Positions 59,707 to 64,000 of a stretch of 64,000 nt of DNA are shown here, piece after piece (position 1 is the first letter of the stretch; each line of letters begins with the position of its first letter). The stretch is taken from NCBI GenBank assembly GCA_015272195.1, contig JACYMC010000148.1, positions 10,159-74,158 on the forward strand. The letters run 5' to 3'. The notes below the pieces were generated by a model, which was not told the origin of the DNA, searched no databases, and saw nothing but the letters and a program-made list of their open reading frames with translations. The DNA is from Candidatus Sericytochromatia bacterium. GTDB lineage: Bacteria; Cyanobacteriota; Sericytochromatia; UBA7694. Made by a program: the position numbers and the translations under genes.

Positions 59707-60881
59707 TCCCAGCGCTTCTGGTAGTTGACGCCAATGGCGGCGTCTTCAGATTTCATGCCTTCAAACTGCTGGCTGTAGAGGGCATAGACACCCACGGATT
59801 CATCGGGCGAGATTTGCTTGTTGAGGCCTACCGTGGCGCGCACGCGCTGCTCGTGAAATTCATAGCTGGTGCGGCCTTCCACAAAGACATTGTCGCGCAG
59901 GCCACCGTACTCACCGGGCTTGTGATTCAGAATGCGGCGGGCTGAGACATGGGCCTCGGGCCGGAACTCGCCGTTCATTTTGTAGGGCAGATCGGCTTCC
60001 ACCCGCACTTCGGTCTGGGCCGGGCCCTGCACGCGCACCAGATCCACTTTGGGGCGCAGCTTTAACTCTTCAAAGTCGAGGCCGCGAATGCTCACGCCCA
60101 GACGCGGGCGCAGATAGCGCACCTTGTACTGCTCTTCGGGATTTTGATCGGGCAGGGGAATCAGCGCATCGCGGGCTGACATGGCCGGTTCTGAAGCCTG
60201 CACCTGTGGCTGGGCCTGGCTGTTACCAAAGCTGTCGCCAAAGAAGTCTTTGACGCCCCCCTTAAAATAATCTTCAAATTCGTCTTTGTCGCGGTCAAAG
60301 AGGGTAATAAAGAAGCGATCTTCAACATAGCGCTGCATACCCTTGCGATCGCGGCCTGTGATCGAGATGCTGGCCAGATCTTCGCCGTAGCGCTGCAGGG
60401 CCTTCATGACTTCTTTGGATTCGTTTTCGGTGATATGTACCTGGCCCACATGCTCCATATAACCGGGCTGATATTGCTGCATGGCCGCCTGATTTAATTT
60501 GGCTTGCAGTGAGCCGCGCTCGGGGTTGTTGGCCGCATGGCGGAAGCGGTCAAAAGCACGGGCTTCGGCGGCTTTAAGCTGATGGGCCTGGCTGGGTGTG
60601 ACGCTCAGGGTGCCAAACACTTTGGGACCCGGTTCTGGCAGGCTGTCGACGTGCACGGCATTGCCAAAGACCTGCGCGGGTGCGGGTGTCTCTGCCGCAA
60701 ATCGAATCTGACGGGCGGGCTGGCCATTGGTCTGGCCTTTGAGCGAAAAATGAAAACTGTCGCTTTCAGCAGCAGATTGCGCAGGACGTACGGTGGCTGA
60801 GGGGCTGGACTGAATGCTACGGGGACCAGGGCCTGAAGCCCCGCCGCCAGGCGGCGTAGAAGATATGCGCTGAAGTTCCAT
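59703..60881 (-). CDS. Hypothetical protein (392 aa), possibly a beta-rich/OMP-like C-terminal half
   Basis: No signal peptide is evident. The N-terminus is low-complexity Pro/Ser/Ala-rich. The C-terminal region has alternating hydrophobic patterns and ends …AIGVNYQKRWD. Confidence 0.4.
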   Translation of the reverse strand: MELQRISSTPPGGGASGPGPRSIQSSPSATVRPAQSAAESDSFHFSLKGQTNGQPARQIRFAAETPAPAQVFGNAVHVDSLPEPGPKVFGTLSVTPSQAHQLKAAEARAFDRFRHAANNPERGSLQAKLNQAAMQQYQPGYMEHVGQVHITENESKEVMKALQRYGEDLASISITGRDRKGMQRYVEDRFFITLFDRDKDEFEDYFKGGVKDFFGDSFGNSQAQPQVQASEPAMSARDALIPLPDQNPEEQYKVRYLRPRLGVSIRGLDFEELKLRPKVDLVRVQGPAQTEVRVEADLPYKMNGEFRPEAHVSARRILNHKPGEYGGLRDNVFVEGRTSYEFHEQRVRATVGLNKQISPDESVGVYALYSQQFEGMKSEDAAIGVNYQKRWD

Positions 60882-60986
60882 AATATAGATCTACCCTCTG
60901 ACACTGTGTACTTATGATTTAGATTATCCTGTCTTTAACCATTTATCTGACTTGTATTAACCTAAAATTAAACGTATGATAAGCAT

Positions 60987-61463
60987 ATGTCTGAAATCAT
61001 TGCTTTTAACGATTTGCCCGCCTGGTGTGCAGCCCACCGGGGCCGGCGTCTGGTATTGACCAACGGCTGCTTTGATATTCTGCACATCGGCCATCTGCGC
61101 TACCTGCAGACCGCACGCCAGCAGGGCGATCTGCTGCTGGTAGGCGTCAACGCCGATGCCTCGGTCCGAGCGCTCAAGGGCCCCGGTCGTCCGGTCAACC
61201 GCGACCAGGATCGGGCTGAGCTGCTGGCGGGTCTGCGCTGCGTGGATGCCGTGAGTATTTTTGCTGAAACCACTGCCGATGAACTGATTGCCCAGGTGCA
61301 GCCTTCGCTTTATGCCAAAGCGGGCGACTATACTCTCGATAATCTGCCCGAAAGCCCTACCCTGCAAAAGTACGGCATTCAGGCCGTTTTTTTGCCTTTT
61401 GAAAGTGGCTACTCCACCACCAGCACCCTGGCAAAAGCCCGCCAGGAGGGTGATGCAGAGTGA
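60987..61463 (+). CDS. D-glycero-beta-D-manno-heptose 1-phosphate adenylyltransferase (RfaE domain II/HldC-like cytidylyltransferase fold)
   Basis: 158 aa. LVLTNGCFDILHIGHLRYLQTARQQGDLLLVGVNADASVRALKGPGRPVN aligns with RfaE domain II, HxGH motif included. Confidence 0.8.
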   Translation: MSEIIAFNDLPAWCAAHRGRRLVLTNGCFDILHIGHLRYLQTARQQGDLLLVGVNADASVRALKGPGRPVNRDQDRAELLAGLRCVDAVSIFAETTADELIAQVQPSLYAKAGDYTLDNLPESPTLQKYGIQAVFLPFESGYSTTSTLAKARQEGDAE

Positions 61464-61539
61464 ATCTGAAGCTAAAACCTTTAAAATTTACTGAGGAACG
61501 TTACAATAGAAGAGAGAAAAAAGTCCAAAGGACCAGACC

Positions 61540-64000
<2,461 letters not shown>

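Overview
This is a GC-rich (about 58-60%) bacterial chromosomal segment with no gaps, no rRNA, tRNA, CRISPR or mobile element that I can recognise. The organism looks diderm and flagellated: lipobox lipoproteins, an RfaE-type heptose adenylyltransferase, and a FliH/YscL-like C-terminus followed by fliW-csrA. The first ~12 kb and last ~26 kb are dense housekeeping and stress genes. These include topA-dprA, a UvrD-like helicase, ksgA, fadD, an FeS-BCP photolyase-related gene, a GDPD-TPR/OGT-like operon, an XRE-prkA-yeaH-spoVR operon, an RfaE domain II gene and secA (partial). 

The middle ~26 kb (about 12.0-38.4 kb) looks accessory and is the most interesting part. Two divergent operons share a 301-nt AT-rich leader. 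The minus unit encodes a 977-aa lipoprotein with a beta-propeller, followed by a pair of hybrid histidine kinases. The plus unit encodes a 2095-aa Asn/Gly/Thr/Pro-rich protein with an N-terminal coiled coil and no signal peptide. Its stop codon abuts (TAAATG) the start of a 1049-aa protein with a zinc ribbon, a pseudokinase, TPRs, a Ser/Thr kinase and more TPRs. 

Immediately downstream is a second divergent pair. One arm encodes a PQQ-like beta-propeller lipoprotein and a 492-aa Fe(II)/2OG-oxygenase-like protein. The other is a nine-gene overlapping operon: beta-propeller lipoprotein, TPR protein, prolyl-4-hydroxylase-like oxygenase, coiled-coil protein, hyper-acidic protein, tandem GNAT, Coq4 homologue and alpha/beta-hydrolase. 

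I read this as a candidate, apparently undescribed, system built around a giant post-translationally modified protein: signalling kinases, hydroxylases and secreted propeller lipoproteins. I cannot assign a function from sequence alone. All calls rest on reading the six-frame translations and recognising motifs. No database search was run.
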